Positions 11,040-23,130 of a stretch of 64,000 nucleotides of DNA are shown piece by piece. The position numbers were made by a program, and so were the translations under genes. Every line of letters starts with the position of its first letter. The first letter of the stretch is position 1. Below the pieces are notes generated by a model that was given only the letters and a program-made list of their open reading frames with translations, searched no databases and was not told the DNA's origin. Source of the stretch: Haliotis cracherodii (lineage: Eukaryota); assembly GCF_022045235.1 (NCBI RefSeq), contig NW_027266272.1:29760001-29824000 (forward strand), written 5' to 3'.

Positions 11040-14000
11040 TACTCTGTGCCATTTAGTACTACTCTACACTACTATGTACTGTCCTACTCTACCCTACTAT
11101 GTACTGTCCTACTCTACCTTACTCTGTGCTGTCCTACTCTACCCTACTCTGTACTGTCCTACTCTACCTTACTCTGTACTGTCCTACTCTACCCTACGTT
11201 TGTCTTAGTCTCCCCTACTCTGTACTGTCCTACTCTACCCTACTCTGTATTGTCCTACTGTACCCTACTCTGTACTGTCCTACTCTACCCGACTCTGTAC
11301 TGTCCTACTCTACCCTACGTTTGTCTTGGTCTCCCCTACTCTTATTCTTGCGAACCCCATCTTACTCTGTGCCATTTGGTACTACTCTACCGTGCTATAT
11401 ACTGTCCTACTCTACATCACTCTGTACTGTCCTACTCTACCCTACTCTGTACTGTCCTACTCTACCCTGGTCTGTACTGTCCTACTCTACCCTAGTCTGT
11501 ACTGTCCTACTCCCCCCTACTCTGTACTGCCCTACTCTACCAGCCCTGACTGACCTCCTCTACCCTCCTCTGTACTGTCCTACTCTACCCTATGTTTGTC
11601 GTAGTCTACCCTACTCCGTACTGACCTACTCTACCTTACTCTGTACTGTGCTACTCTACCCTACGTTCGTCTTAGTCTCCCCTACTCTGTACTGTCCTAC
11701 TCTACCCCCCTCTGTACTCTCCTACTCTACCCTCCTACTCCGTACTGTCCTACTCTGTACTGTCCTACTCTAACCTCCTACTCCGTAGTTCTACTCTACC
11801 CTACTCTGTACTGTCCTACTATACCCTCCTCTGTACTGTCCTACTCTACCTTACTCTGTACTGTCCTGCTCTACCCTCCTCTTCACTGCGCTACTCTACC
11901 CTCCTCTGTCCTTTCCTACTCAACCCTCCTCTCTATTGTCCTACTCTACCCTACTATGTACTGTCCTACTCTGACTTACTCTGTACTGTCCTACTTTACC
12001 CTACTCTGTACTGTCCTACTCAACCTTACTCTATACTGTCTTACTCTACCCTCCTCTGTACTGTCCTACTCAACACTCCTCTCTATTGTCCTACTCCGCC
12101 TTACTCTGTACTGTCCTACTCCGCCTTACTCTGTACTGTCCTACTTTACCCTACTCTGTACTGTCCTACTCCGTACTGTTCTACTCACTACTGTCCTACT
12201 CTATCCAACTCTGTACTGTTCTACTCAACCCTTCTCTGTACTGTCCTACTCTACCTTACTCTGTCCTTTCCTACTCTACCCTCCTCTGTACTGTCCTACT
12301 CAACCCTACTCTGTACTGTCCTACTCTACCTTACTCTGTCCTTTCCTACTCTACCCTCCTCTGTACTGTCCTACTCTACCCTAGTCTGTACTGTCCTACT
12401 CAACCCTACTCTGTACTGTCCTACTCAACCTTACTCTGTACTTTCCTACTCTACCCTCCTCTGTACTGTCCTACTCTGTCCTACTGTACCCTACTCTGTA
12501 CTGTCCTACTCTACCTTACTCTGTCCTTTCCTACTCTACCCTCCTCTGTACTGTCCTACTCTACCCTAGTTCGTACTGTCCTACTCTACCTTACTCTGTC
12601 CTTTCCTACTCTACCCTCCTCTGTACTGTCCTACTCAACCCTACTCTGTACTGTCCTACTCTACCTTACTCTGTCCTTTCCTACTCTACCCTCCTCTGTA
12701 CTGTCCTACTCTACCCTAGTCTGTACTGTCCTACTCAACCCTACTCTGTACTGTCCTACTCAACCTTACTCTGTACTTTCCTACTCTACACTCCTCTGTA
12801 CTGTCCTACTCTGTCCTACTGTACCCTACTCTGTACTGTCCTACTCTACCTTACTCTGTCCTTTCCTACTCTACCCTCCTCTGTACTGTCCTACTCTACC
12901 CTCCTCTGTACTGTCCTACTCTGTCCTACTGTACCCTACTCTGTACTGTCCTACTCTATCTTACTCTGTCCTTTCCTACTCTACCCTCCTCTGTAATAGT
13001 CTACTGTCCTACTCTACTCTACCCTACTCTGTACTGTCCTGCTCTACCCTTCTCAGTACTGTCCCACTTTACCCTACTCTGTACTGTCCCACTCTACCCT
13101 ACTCTGTACTGTCCTACTCTACCCTACTCTGTAGAAGTCTGTACTGTCCTAATATGCCCTACTCTGTACTGCCTTACTCTACCCTACTCTGTAGTAGTCT
13201 GTACTGTCCTAATATGCCCTACTCTGTACTGTCCTACTCTACCTTACTCTGTCCTTTCCTACTCTACCCTCCTCTGTAATAGTCTACTGTCCTACTCTAC
13301 TCTACCCTACACTGTACTGTCCTGCTCTACCCTTCTCAGTACTGTCCCACTTTACCCTACTCTGTACTGTCCTAATATGCCCTACTCTGTACTGCCTTAC
13401 TCTACCCTACTCTGTAGTAGTCTGTACTGTCCTAATATGCCCTACTCTGTACTGTCCTACTCTACCTTACTCTGTCCTTTCCTACTCTACCCTCCTCTGT
13501 AATAGTCTACTGTCCTACTCTACTCTACCCTACTCTGTACTGTCCTGCTCTACCCTTCTCAGTACTGTCCCACTTTACCCTACTCTGTACTGTCCTAATA
13601 TGCCCTACTCTGTACTGCCTTACTCTACCCTACTCTGTAGTAGTCTGTATTGTCCTTATATGCCCTACTCTGTACTGCCTTATTCTACCCTACTCTGTAG
13701 TACTCGGTACTGTCCTAATATGCCCTACTCTGTACTGCCTTACGCTACCCTACTCTGTAGTAGTCTGTACTGTCCTTATATGCCCTACTCTGTACTGCCT
13801 TACTTTATCCTACTCTGTAGTAGTCTGTATTGTCCTTATATGCCCTACTCTGTACTGCCTTATTCTACCCTACTCTGTAGTACTCGGTACTGTCCTAATA
13901 TGCCCTACTCTGTACTGCCTTACGCTACCCTACTCTGTAGTAGTCTGTACTGTCCTTATGTGCCCTACTCTGTACTGCCTTACTCTACCCTACTATGTAC

Positions 14001-14110
14001 TTATCTACTCTACCCTAATCGGTACTCTCCTTCTCTACCCTCTCTGTACTGTCCTACTCTAACCTACTCTGTACTGTCCTAATCTACTCTCTTTGTTATT
14101 GTCCTACTCT
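11040..14110. repeat. 25-bp pentamer-based satellite (TACTC TACCC TACTC TGTAC TGTCC), array 1
   Basis: Direct inspection. A higher-order 60/180-bp period is visible at ~13600-13980 (lines 13681 and 13861 are identical). Confidence 0.95.
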
Positions 14111-15080
14111 ACTCTTAATTGAATTTCCTTGAACTGAAACTTGTGATCATGTTTAATTATTCACACAGACATCTAGTAAAGAGAAATATATGCTAAGTCA
14201 CTGTACGCTTTTGTATTCACATCTGGAGTGGATAGGGACGGCTGTGAGGGGAGGTTGGAGGCCGTATATTTTGGATGTAACTGAAATACATGTTTAAGTA
14301 TTTTACAAGGATATATTTACGTTCTTTCCCAATAAAAATACCTCGGCGGTCTAAATAGCAGTTATGTTGTATTTTACTCAGAAAATGCCATGGAGTCAAT
14401 TAATGTACAGGGACAATTCTTTGCAAGATGTTGCAAAACATCTACACGCCTTATAAAGTCAGAGGGTGAGTGAGGTAACATTTTACATCGCATACGAAAT
14501 ATGTATTATTTTACCAGTATAATAAAAAGAGACTACATGTGGTGTGTCGGGACTGTGTCCATCGAGAGGAAACTGTACTCTTGTATTCGGGAATGTATGA
14601 TCAGAAATGTTTCAGCAAGTTCTTGTGTGGGTGTGTGAGGCAATGGACAATACAGCTGTACCATTCTTCAAAAGAGAAGACAAATGTCTACCATAATACA
14701 ACATTTGTATAAGGAAATTCAGGAGTGACTGACTGAGGAAATAGGCAACATTATTATAGATATCATTCTCCAAACAACCAAACATATATAGCGGTAAAGT
14801 ACCCGTATAACTTCACGTGAATCTCTTCGTGAAGCGACAGAAACGTAACACGTGTTCGTTAAGTACTCATGAATGAGTGATTGAGGTAATCAACATTATT
14901 GCAACTATATCATGGGGGTATGTAAGGTAATCCAGCCTGGACCAAACAAACTCATGGTTAGTGGAACGAGTAGATGATTCATAGTATACGAAGACACACA
15001 CTGATAAACACTGGCCATAAGCTGATACAATATGCATGTCACAGCTGGTCCTCCATCAATCGCTATTCTTACTCAGCACT
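14095..15080 (+). other. Conserved non-coding block downstream of gene copy A (candidate terminal 3'UTR exon / polyA region)
   Basis: Colinear with 36545-37615. AATAAA at 14331 corresponds to 36770. Confidence 0.6.
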
Positions 15081-15304
15081 CATGCTCGTCAACACATTCT
15101 AAAGAAGAACATGGGTAACTGGTGAACTATACATTGCCAGAGTCTACGAGTTAGTCTGTGGTCCGTCAGAATGTGCAACACAAAATGTCCATGACAGCTA
15201 TATGTTCGACTGATTATAATTTTCACAACGCCTCAAGGGCTATTACAGGGAATTACGAAGGCGCTACTCCATTATTACTTTGAGATTTTTGGTTTTTGGG
15301 GGGT

Positions 15305-15563
15305 TTGGTTTGTTGTTGAACACCACACTGAGCAATATTCCAGCTATATGACGGCGGTCTGTAAATACTTAAGTCTGGACCAGACAATCCAGTGATTTAC
15401 ATCATGAACATCGATCCACGCCATTGGGATCGATGACATGCATCAACCAAGTCAGCGAGCCTGACCACCCGATCCCGGTAGTCGCCTTTTACGACAAACA
15501 TCGTCGCTTTTTACGGCAAGCATGGGTTGCTGAAGACCTATTCTACCCCGGATCTTCACGGGT
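15305..15563 (-). mobile_element. SINE family 1, full length
   Basis: Complete head (..ggatcttcacggg) through to the tail. Confidence 0.9.
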
Positions 15564-15946
15564 ATATTGAGTAATGGTCAGCTGAATTTGGCACTTCAAT
15601 GTTATCTCTGTCCCCCAACTCACAGTTCCCTTTCCACCTCATAACCCCAAGTCCCCAATCTTCGCGGTACCCTTACCCCCGTGATCAGCTATAGTTCCTT
15701 TCCCCTCTCATACCCCGTCCCCACTGCCTTTACTTGTCCTCCAAATATCATCCCTTCCTCTCACATCCCCATTTTCCATCTTTCCCCCTACCGCTGCCTT
15801 CATCCTACTCCCATAGTTACTTCCTATTCTCATACCCCCATGTCCCCATGATTCTACCACAGTCGTAAATTACGTACGGTATGCCACACTGTCTCATGCC
15901 CACATATTGCCCTTGTTACACTACTGCCTAGAAGTTCATTCCCCTA

Positions 15947-16122
15947 ACACGCGTTGAGAACGCGTGTAATACGCATGTGACACGGGTGCTCAACGGGTTG
16001 CACACGGGTTGAGCACCAGTTGGACACGTGTGTGCAACGGGTGTGCAGCGCGTGTGCAACCCGTTGCACACGCGTGGGTCACTCGTTGCACACGCGTGTG
16101 CCACGCGTGTAACACGGGATCG
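15947..16122. repeat. 11-bp-periodic array of ACGCGT/ACGGGT-like cores (16 units)
   Basis: acacgcgttga gaacgcgtgta atacgcatgtg acacgggtgct caacgggttgc ... acacgggatcg. Confidence 0.8.
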
Positions 16123-16278
16123 AGTTCCAGTTGAAGTTGACAAATTTATCAAATGAATAGTGAGATAAAACAAAACAGCGAGATGTGAAATTTGAGTTAA
16201 TGAGCGGCCATTGAGCTGTATTGCCATTGCCATGTATATGGCAGCGTATTTTATTGTTTGGCAGTAATTGTAACGTCG

Positions 16279-16547
16279 TTTGTTTGTTTGTTTGTTGTTT
16301 AACGCCGAATTCAGCAATATTCCAGCTATATGACGGCGATCTGTAACATAATCGAGTCTGGACCAGACAATCCAGTGATTGACATCATGAGCATCGATCC
16401 ACGCAATTGGGATCGATGGCATGTATTAACCAAGTCACCGAGCCTGACCACCCGATCCCGTTAGTCGCCTTTTACGACAAGCATAGTCGTCTTTTACGGC
16501 AATTATGGGTTGCTGAAGACCTATTCTACCCCGGAATCTTCACGGGT
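16279..16547 (-). mobile_element. SINE family 1, full length
   Basis: (gttt)n tail through to the tcttcacggg head. Confidence 0.9.
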
Positions 16548-17928
16548 TTACGGTACACGCTCATTGCGTTATGTTTGGACAGTGATCAGTCGTCAGGAAG
16601 TTATTATATTTAGATGCTTTTGTGGTGGGTAATCTTCCAGTCCGGTACGGACGGTGATAGTATGTAATAGAGAATTCTCTAATGTTCTAGTGCTGCTAGA
16701 CTGGTGAGGGCACTGTGTAGGACTTTCCAGTAGCTAGGTTGGTAGTAAATAAAGAGACAAGAGCGTGTTTACGCATCTCTCACACAGTTCATCACATTAA
16801 GACCAGTTTTCTTGTGAGGATCGCTCATGATCCCTAATTCCCTGACTAGCACACCACAGAAGTTTGACCACTGTTGCCGCTTGGTGAATATATGTTATTA
16901 TCACTGACTTTTGCTATCACCACTGTATTTTTGTATTTGATACTGGCCACTGCCATCATATCATACTTTGCCATTGAATATTGTATTACATGTGTATACC
17001 TTCGCCCTGCCACTACAGTTCTCTTCCCCTATCATAGCCCCATGTCCCCCCAATTCCCTTTGCCCCTACCTTCGTCCTGCGACTGTAGCTAACTTCCCCT
17101 CTCATCGCCCCATGTTTCCAATTCTCCTTGCACCTACCTTTGTCCTACCAAAACAGTTCTCTTCCCCTCTCATAGCCCCATGTCCCCCAATTCCCACTGT
17201 CCCTACCTTTGTCCTACCAATGAAGTTAACTTCCCCTCTCATCGCCCCATGGTTCCCAATTCCCCTTCCCTACCTTCGTCCTACCATTACAGTTCTCTTC
17301 CCCTCTCATAGCCCCATGTCCCCCAATTCCCATTGCCCCTACCTTCGCTCTACCATTACAGTTCTCTTCCCCTCTCATAGCCCCATGTCCCCCAATTCTC
17401 CTTGCCCCTACCTTCGCTCTACCATTACAGTTCTCTTCCCCTCTCATAGCCCCATGTCCCCCAATTCCCATTGCACCTACCTTCGCTCTACCATTACAGT
17501 TCTCTTCCCCTCTCATAGACCCATGTCCCCCAATTCTCCTTGCCCCTACCTTCATCCTACCTCTGTATTTAACTTCCCTTCTCATAGCCCTATGTCCCCC
17601 AATTCTCCTTGCCCCTACCTTCGCTCTACCATTACAGTTCTCTTCCCCTCTCATAGACCCATGTCCCCCAATTCTCCTTGCCCCTACCTTCATCCTACCT
17701 CTGTATTTAACTTCCCTTCTCATAGCCCTATGTCCCCCAATTCCCATTGCCCCTACCTTCGCTCTACCATTACAGTTCTCTTCCCCTCGCATAGCCCCAT
17801 GTCCCCCAATTCTCATTGCCCCTACCTTCGCTCTACCATTACAGTTCTCTTCCCCTCGCATAGCCCCATGTCCCCCAATTCCCATTGCCCCTACCTTCGC
17901 TCTACCATTACAGTTCTCTTCCCCTCTC

Positions 17929-20728
17929 AATGTTTTCAAATTCATATAATTTAATCTGTGGAGATATGAACGCGAGAACAGGTGAGAGAAATAACCCTGA
18001 TATTAGCAATAATGATGATAGCTTCAATCATACCTCCCCTTTCCCTGAGGAGGAGGCTGACGACCCTGTTGAGGATCGTACTTCACAGGATACAGTTGTA
18101 AATAGATTTAGTCAAATGTTGTTGGATTCATGCCATGTTTTTAAACTTTACATCGTAAATGGACGTGTATATGGTGATACTAATGGGGATTTACTTATAG
18201 TAGCCAACATGGATCTAGTGTGAACGATTATTTTATAAGTTCACCAGATTTTTTTCAGTTTATCAATATGTTCACCGTCGGTGTTCGATCTGATTCTGAT
18301 CACTTTCCATTAGAATTGATGTGTAAATTTCCAAATATGGGTAAGAGGTGCAACAATGATTCGTGTATGGATCCACAAGCATCAGAGAAAATTGTATGGA
18401 ATGATCATTACTCCAGTTTGTTTCTTGATAACCTCAGATATAATATTACTGAAAACAAAGAAATGGTCCTTAAAGAAATTGATAATGCTATTGAAAACGC
18501 AACTAGCCACTTTGTCGACATTGTATTAGACTTTTAGCTGCATGAAAAAGACAATAGGACATAATTCACAATTTGCCAATCAAAAACCACTAAGTCTAGA
18601 ATGTAGACAAGCGAAACGAGAAACACGTAGGGCACTTAGGAGATTTAGAACACAAAGAACAGTCGCTAACATAATTGTGTATTGTAGACAAAGAAATCAT
18701 TATAAAATTTGTTGCAGAAAATTAAAATCCATTTCACGTAAGAAATCAGTTGAAAGATTGCACAGAAGCATAAATAGTCAATCTAGCTTTTGGAAACAGA
18801 TAAGATCATTACAAAACAAACCCAGACAAAAGAATCATATAACGAAAGCAGAATGGCTTTGCCATTTTAGAGAGGTTTTTGCAAATGACAATGTTTTTTC
18901 TCCTCACTTAGATGATGAAAATGAACGCAGTTCTAATCAGTTTACAGATATTGATGCATTCATACTAAATTCTACGATAACTGAACGTGAAATTACATCA
19001 TCAATAAATAAGTTTAAAAAAGGAAAATCTGCCGGGCCCGATCAAGTGCTGATAGAAATGCTTAAATGTTCCCAATTGGATATAATGCCATTTCTTCATA
19101 AATGTTTCAACAAACTCTTTGATAATCAAATATTTCCAAGCAGTTGGTCTTGTTCAGAAATAGTCCCTCTACATAAAAAAGGCGATCCGAGAAACCCTGA
19201 CAACTACAGGGGGATCTCATTGATGAGTGTTCTGGGGAATTTTTTTACCTCTGTTTTGAATAACTGGCTTACTAACTGGGCGAATATGAGAGATAAGATA
19301 CCGGAAGTTCAAGCTGGTTTTAGAAAAAATTATTCAACCATAGATCATATTTTTACAGTATATGCTGCAATTCAAAAATGTCTAACACGTCGTAAACACA
19401 AGGTTTACGTTGCTTTTTTTTATTTTAAAAAGGCATTTGATACAGTTGATCGTTATAAATTATGGTGTTGTTTAAGAACAGCTGGACTACAAGGGAAGAT
19501 GTTTAATATACTACAATCAATGTATTCAAATATAAGGGCATGTGTACGTAGTGATTATGGTGTTACTGATTGTATCGATTGTCCATCTGGTTTACGTCAG
19601 GGATGTATATTGAGTCCTCTGTTATTTTTGTTTTTCATTAGCGAATTATATTATGAAATCTCAAGTAACGGTAAGCATGGTATACAGATGTATCCTGACA
19701 TCCTTGAACTTCTTATGCTCCTTTTTGGCCGATGATGTTATTTTACTATCTGACACTGTTATTGGTCTACAGGATCAGTTGAATGTATTAGATAAATATA
19801 CTAAGGAATGGAATTTTTCTGTAAATTTAGATAAGACAGAAATTATAGTATTCAGAAAAGGGGGTCCTTTAAATTTTAGGGAAAGATGGTACTTAAATCG
19901 ACAACAAATTAATGTAGTTAATGCTTATAAGTATCTCGGCATAATGTTTAATTCAACACTAAATAAGAACAAATGTGTATCTGACTTATCACTGCGAGGG
20001 AAACGAGCTTTACTTAATATAATGTCTGTTTCACATAAACTTGGAGTTATTACACCGAAAGTATTTTCCAAATTATTTGATACTCAAATACAGCCAATGT
20101 TATTGTATTGATCTGAAGTGTGGGGTTACCGAAGATATGAATGTTTAGAAAGAATTCACCTACTGGCATGTAAAAAAATTCTTCGCGTTGGAATAGCAAC
20201 ACCAAATAATATGATATATGGAGAATGTGGAAGATACCCACTTTACATTAATTCGCAAATAAAGTGTTTAAAATATTGGTTTAATATCATTCGTATGCCA
20301 GAACATCGGCTTCCGAAAAAAGCTTATAACATGCTCTTTCATTTAGTTAGTATCGGTAAGGTTACATGGCTATCGCATATTAGGACAATATTATTCTCAC
20401 ATGGGTATGGGTATATATGGCTTAACCAATCTGTTGGTGATCAACATTTATTTCTAAATGATTTTCGTAAAATAGCAATAAATATGTTCTATCAAGGGTG
20501 GCAATGCAACTTGGAAACAGTTCACGTTATGATTTGTACAGAACATTTAAGACTTTACTAGAGCCAGAAAAGTCCTCATGATTATCACCGATTGTTAAAT
20601 GAATGTCATATTTTTATAATTTTTGTTGTATCTCCCAATCTGTAAATTCTCACCCACTGTATTTATTTGAACTTGTATATGGGCCGATGGCCTTTGTTAC
20701 AATAAACGTCTTTGACTTTGACTTTGAC
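17929..20728 (+). mobile_element. 5'-truncated, inactivated non-LTR retrotransposon (APE endonuclease + reverse transcriptase; RTE-X-like or CR1/L2 group)
   Basis: EN motifs ICGDMNARTG and SDHFPL; RT motifs NYRGISL, QAGFR, FKKAFD, GLRQGCILSPLLF, ADD and YKYLG across ORFs 17885-20561 with frameshifts and a stop. AATAAA at 20701 and (TTTGAC)3 tail. Inserted inside the 69-bp minisatellite. Confidence 0.92.
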
Positions 20729-21575
20729 ATAGCCCTATGTCCCCCAATTCTCCTTGCCCCTACCTTCATCCTACCTCTGTATTTAACTTCCCTTCTCATA
20801 GCCCTATGTCCTCCAATTCTCCTTGCCCCTACCTTCGCTCTACCATTATAGTTCCCTTCCCCTCTCATAGCCTCATATGCCCCAATTCCCGTTGCACCTA
20901 CCTTCAACCCCACCCCAACCACCCCTAAAATGTACTTGTCTCTCACACCACCTTGCATTTATCTCCGTCCTCAAGCATTACTACTTCCTCCCTCATCTAG
21001 TTCCCCTCCCCACACAACCCGTCATACCCCTACCACTACCTCAGTCTTCCTGCTATAGTCGTTCCCGTGGCCTCTTAAACTAAATGAAAATGTGTCGAAC
21101 CATAATATTCTTTGATTTGTTCATTGCAGTAATCTAAACAATTTAGGTCACCTTGAAATTGACAAAAAAAGCGTATTCTTCGATTGTGGTAATATTTTAA
21201 AAAACCAAAACGCCCAGAGAGCGTATGTTTTGGTATAGATACGATATGTTGCATTACAATGGCGTTACAAATTCAGATGTTGGCAATGAGATTAAGAATG
21301 GAGTTATTTTCTTCTTGAGACTATTAACATATCACAGTGAAACTTTGTGTTGACGATACTGACAGATTATTTGTATGATTTAGGCACCACCATCTGCACT
21401 CAACGATGTGTCCAAACTGTATGATTATTTGTCAAATAATGGATAAATATGCAAATGTGGTTACTCGGCAGAAACTACTTCTTTGCAACGCTCCGCACAT
21501 CGCTGTGGTGTTTACTTGCTTACAAACTATTGTATAACTTTCCCTGCATCATTAGAGAGCGATTTCCCGATGTGT

Positions 21576-21816
21576 GAGTGAGTGAGTTGGGTTTAACTCC
21601 GTATAACAGTATTCCTGTTATATCACGGCGTGTCAGCTTAATGAGGGAGGAAAAGTCTCAGACGTTTACCACTTTGGTGAAACCAACTTGCACAGGTATG
21701 GTGTTGACCAGCCTGGAAACATAATCGGTGCGATCGTAGCTTTCAAACGTGCATAAGGGACGCAACTCTGCAGAGCGAATTGTGGCGCCTTAGATGACGG
21801 GGCCACCCGCGCTTCC
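21576..21816 (-). mobile_element. SINE family 2 (tRNA-like head, (ACTC)n tail)
   Basis: 11-bp TSD tcccgatgtgt (21565-21575 / 21817-21827). Homologous to the copies at 49.2, 60.6 and 62.5 kb. Confidence 0.85.
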
Positions 21817-22494
21817 TCCCGATGTGTAAGTGCTTATGTAAACAGACATGGCTGTACGTCATTTGTTACTGTATCATACACAGGGCGGTTCCCTGAGGCT
21901 TTATATGTCTACATGGTTCTAAAGTAACACTATGGTAAAGCTTTATATGTATTAATCTTTATTATTCTTCAACAAATGCAGTGATATTTGACAGCAATGT
22001 GTTTTACCAAAATGATTTAACTTTAAGATTTTCAAGTTTCAAGAGTATCATGCTGTTCTTTTATCATAAAACAAGCCACATTACAATACAACTAGATTCC
22101 AAAAACACTTTCAATAATTTTAAATGAGTTAATATATCATACATAATGACTTCATTAGATCAACCTCTTATTAATTTATTTCATAACATAAGGATATATT
22201 TAATTATTCATATTGTCATGCACGAATACATCATCCTTTTACATAACCATTTTTTTAAGCCTGATGGATGATTAGCGGTGATATTTAGATGACTCCTGGT
22301 TGTTGTGGCGGCTATTGTGAACACACTTGACCTGAGAAAGAAAAATACATTGACATCAATAACTATAAATTAATATATACATTGAGAAGGAACAATCTAA
22401 AATAAATCTTAACATATTTAGTGGCAGTGTAATTTATGTTACACCGAATGCCACATGAACCGGATCATTGCAAGCATGACATTTTTGAATTTTT

Positions 22495-22733
22495 AGTTTG
22501 TTTTGTTGGTTGGTTGTTATCAGCAATATTCCAGCTATATGACGGCGGTCTGTAAATAATCGAGTCTGGACCAGACAATCCAGTGATTGACATCATGAGC
22601 ATCGATCCACGCAATTGGGACCGATGACATGCATCAACCAAGTCAGCGAGCCTGACCACCCGATCCCGTTAGTCGCCTTTTACGGCAAGAATGGGTTGCT
22701 GAAGACCTATTCTACCCCGGATCTTCACGGGTC
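22495..22733 (-). mobile_element. SINE family 1, full length (single-module head)
   Basis: Ends ...ggatcttcacgggtc; carries only one GYCGTAAAAGGCGACTA module. Confidence 0.9.
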
Positions 22734-22974
22734 CCTTGAAACTTTAGTAGTTTTATGATTCATTCAAACGCTAATAAAATCCTCATTCAAGACGGGTAAC
22801 TCTATTTACATAGCAAACTTTCAAACTAAAGTAGCTTCCCTTGAAATGACCTTCACTTCTCATAACGCATTTCTTCTCCTTATTAAATCTGAACAGGTGC
22901 CGTGTAATGGAGTGTTGATGCATATATTTCACAATGTGTAAGGCAAACGGAAGAGCAAGTTTTTCATAACGTCG

Positions 22975-23045
22975 ACGCATGCGTGGTTTCGCCTGAAGTG
23001 GCGTCATGACAACACCCCTTCCTGTGTGTCAGCCATTTTGAGAGA
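22975..23045 (+). promoter_or_regulatory. Candidate core promoter of orphan gene copy B
   Basis: Same 24-bp ETS/YY1 block as at 9019-9042; acgcatgcgt NRF1-like palindrome. Confidence 0.6.
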
Positions 23046-23130
23046 TATCACTGGAAGTGTTCTCAGTTTTATCGTGCAATTTTTTATGCAACTCGAAAAG
23101 TGTGTACGACTTGAAGAGGTGGAGAAAACT

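Larger units (their letters stand above)
15610..21060. repeat. 69-bp C/T-rich minisatellite (core 17000-17930; degenerate copies 15610-15860 and 20728-21060), interrupted by insertions
   Basis: Unit cccctaccttcgctctaccattacagttctcttcccctctcatagccccatgtcccccaattcccattg; 23-aa period in ORF 16968. Confidence 0.85.

Noticed and set aside
11046-14082. Long YCPTLPYSVLS-type ORFs (also 24861-31371 and 34557-36131)
   Set aside because: The 25-bp satellite consensus lacks stop codons in all three + frames. The ORFs overlap in every frame and have no gene structure.
14217-14399. Minus-strand exon in the conserved block (..RPPTSPHSRPYP..)
   Set aside because: The acceptor is not conserved in the paralog and the differences are amino-acid-changing.
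16663-16990. Solo LTR (TGTAATA...TATTACA with internal AATAAA)
   Set aside because: No TSD and no second copy or PBS/PPT visible; unproven.
16968-17954. 328-aa and 239-aa repeat ORFs as LINE ORF1
   Set aside because: They are translations of the 69-bp minisatellite, which resumes after the LINE tail.
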